Shown: piece after piece, positions 44,170-46,555 of the stretch
Layout of the letters: the number at the start of each line of letters is the position of its first letter
Numbering within the stretch: the first letter of the stretch is position 1
Assembly (NCBI RefSeq): GCF_006345805.1
Contig: NW_021834542.1
Location: 1-46,555 of the forward strand
Source of the DNA: Octopus sinensis
Taxonomy: Eukaryota
Length of the DNA: 46,555 bases
Direction: 5' to 3'
Notes under the pieces: model-generated
What the model saw: the letters and a program-made list of their open reading frames with translations, nothing else
Databases searched by the model: none
What the model was told of the DNA's origin: nothing
Program-made: the position numbers and the translations under genes

Positions 44170-44970
44170 TACATACATATAATACACACACATATAATAT
44201 ATCTAATATACATATATGTATATACATATATACAATATTGGCCTGCTCGCTTAGCCGGCGGGGTGGCGTCATTCGAAGGCTAAAACAATGCGAACGCATT
44301 GTGACCAGCGATATGTAACTACATCTGATGGACTGGTCGGTCACGTGATGGTGATGGTGATATTCAATATAGATACATAACATACAAACACACACACACA
44401 CACCTCCACACACACACACACATATATATAAATCGATGAATTAATTATTCTTTGTTTACGTTAATATAGAAAATTCAATAAACGGTTACCAGGGTAGCAA
44501 CATTCACGCAAATAACAAGGATGTAGCGACCTATTCAAAGGTAGAGACTCCGGGTTAATGTGCAGTAATTTGTGTAGTATAAGTAAATAAATGGAGTTGA
44601 ATGCAGATGTTATTCGAATTCTTTTATATTCGACATATGTTTCAAAGACAACATTGGCTTTATTCCAAAGGAATAAACGGTGTAAAATAATGCAATCTCA
44701 TCAGGAAAGAAAGAGAACCTATACATACATACATTTAATGTATTTAACATACATACATATATATATATATTTATATATATATGTATATATATATTTGTAT
44801 ATATATATATATATATATTGTTATATTTCGGAATGGTCATATTGCCAGTTTAGCCAATAAAAACACTCGCACTATATATTTGGCGTTATTTTGCTTCAGT
44901 GATATAACAATATCTGTTTCAACACACGACTTCACCTAAAAAATCTTGCACAACAAATATTTAAACGTAT

Positions 44971-45013
<43 letters not shown>

Positions 45014-45674
45014 ATATATACCTATATATCTATAGATATGTATATATATATAATACCCACACATATAATACATCTATTATACATATATGTATATACATAT
45101 ATACAATATTGGCCTGCTTGCTAGCCGGCAGGGTTGCGTCATTTGAAGGCTAAAACAATGCGAACGCATTGTGACCAGCGATGTGGTACTACATCTGATG
45201 GACTGGTCGATCACGTGATAGTGATGGTGATAATACATATAGATACATAACATACAAACCACACACACATACACACACACACACAAACACACACACACAT
45301 ATTATATAAATTGATTAATGAATTATTCTTTGTTTACCGTGAACATGGAAAATTCAATACCGGTTTCCAGGGTAGCAACATTCACGAAGTAACAAGGATT
45401 TCGCGACCTATTCAAAGGTAGTAACTCCGGGTTAATGTGAAGTAATTTGTGTAGTATAAGTAAATAAATGGAGTTGAATGCAGATGTTATTCGAATTCTT
45501 TTATATTCGTCATATGTTTCAAAGACAACATTGGTTTTATTCCAAAGGAATAAACGGTGTAAAATAATGCAATAATCTCATCAAGAAAGAAAGAGAACCT
45601 ATACATACATTTAAAGTATTCAACATACATACATATATATATATATATGTACGTATATATATATATAATATATC

Positions 45675-45718
<44 letters not shown>

Positions 45719-45961
45719 CATATATATAATATATCTATATATATTATATATATTGTATGTATGTATGTTGTTGGATGTAGCATGTATGTATATATATATA
45801 AATATATATATGTATACATATAATTAGGGGATATGTTAGCCTTGGAAGGGATAGAGTATTGAAGGAAATACTAATTCTACTATAGAAGTGTATGTATATA
45901 TGTTATATATATATATATATTGTATATATATATATAATATATATAATATAAATATATATAT

Positions 45962-45993
<32 letters not shown>

Positions 45994-46017
45994 ATATAGA
46001 TAAGATTTATATATTTA

Positions 46018-46048
<31 letters not shown>

Positions 46049-46555
46049 GAATATATATATATTATATATATATATATATAATATATATATATAATACACA
46101 CACATATAACACATCTATTATACATATATGTATATACATATATACAATATTGGCCTGCTCGCTTAGCCGGCGGGGTGGCGTCATTCGAAGGCTAAAACAA
46201 TGCGAACGCATTGTGACCAGCGATGTGTAACTACATCTGATGGACTGGTCGATCACGTGATGGTGATGGTGATATACAATATAGATACATAACATACAAA
46301 CACACACACACATACACACACATATATATACATCGATGAATGAATTATTCTTTGTCTACGTTAACATGGAAAACTCAATAAACGGTTACCAGGGTAGCAA
46401 CATTCACGCGAGTAACAAGGATGTAGCGATCTATTCAAAGGTAGAAACTCCGGGTTAATGTGCAGTAATTTGTGTAGTATAAGTAAATAAATGGAGTTGA
46501 ATGCAGATGTTATTCGAATTCTTTTATATTCGACATATGTTTCAAAGACAACATT

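Overview
Eukaryotic, very AT- and microsatellite-rich genomic DNA. The SINE/RTE/MITE/Helitron repeat types look like those of an octopus (coleoid cephalopod); this is recognition from memory, not a search. Left half (1-19.5 kb): one spliced ankyrin-repeat gene on the minus strand. Eight coding exons were reconstructed by hand with GT-AG sites and consistent phases, giving about 934 codons and about 27 repeats, and the gene continues off the left edge. Its body is a tandem triplication of a frame-symmetric two-exon module. The large exon in each module holds 9, 7 or 3 near-identical 102-bp (34-aa) ankyrin units whose differences are mostly amino-acid changing and appear shuffled. Upstream lies a 7-copy 254-bp satellite built from a TTAA-flanked piggyBac-type MITE. 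Right half (22-46.5 kb): no host gene found. It contains a ~0.9-kb compound tandem repeat with at least 12 copies of a block that carries, on the minus strand, a minimal type I hammerhead ribozyme (CUGAUGA...GAAA-CAUAUG-UC). It also holds two unrelated hammerheads (one with a G3-C8 core swap), a head-to-tail Helitron cluster with a PIF1 helicase fragment, and CR1, RTE, Tc1/mariner and SINE fragments. Most ORFs in the supplied track are microsatellite noise.
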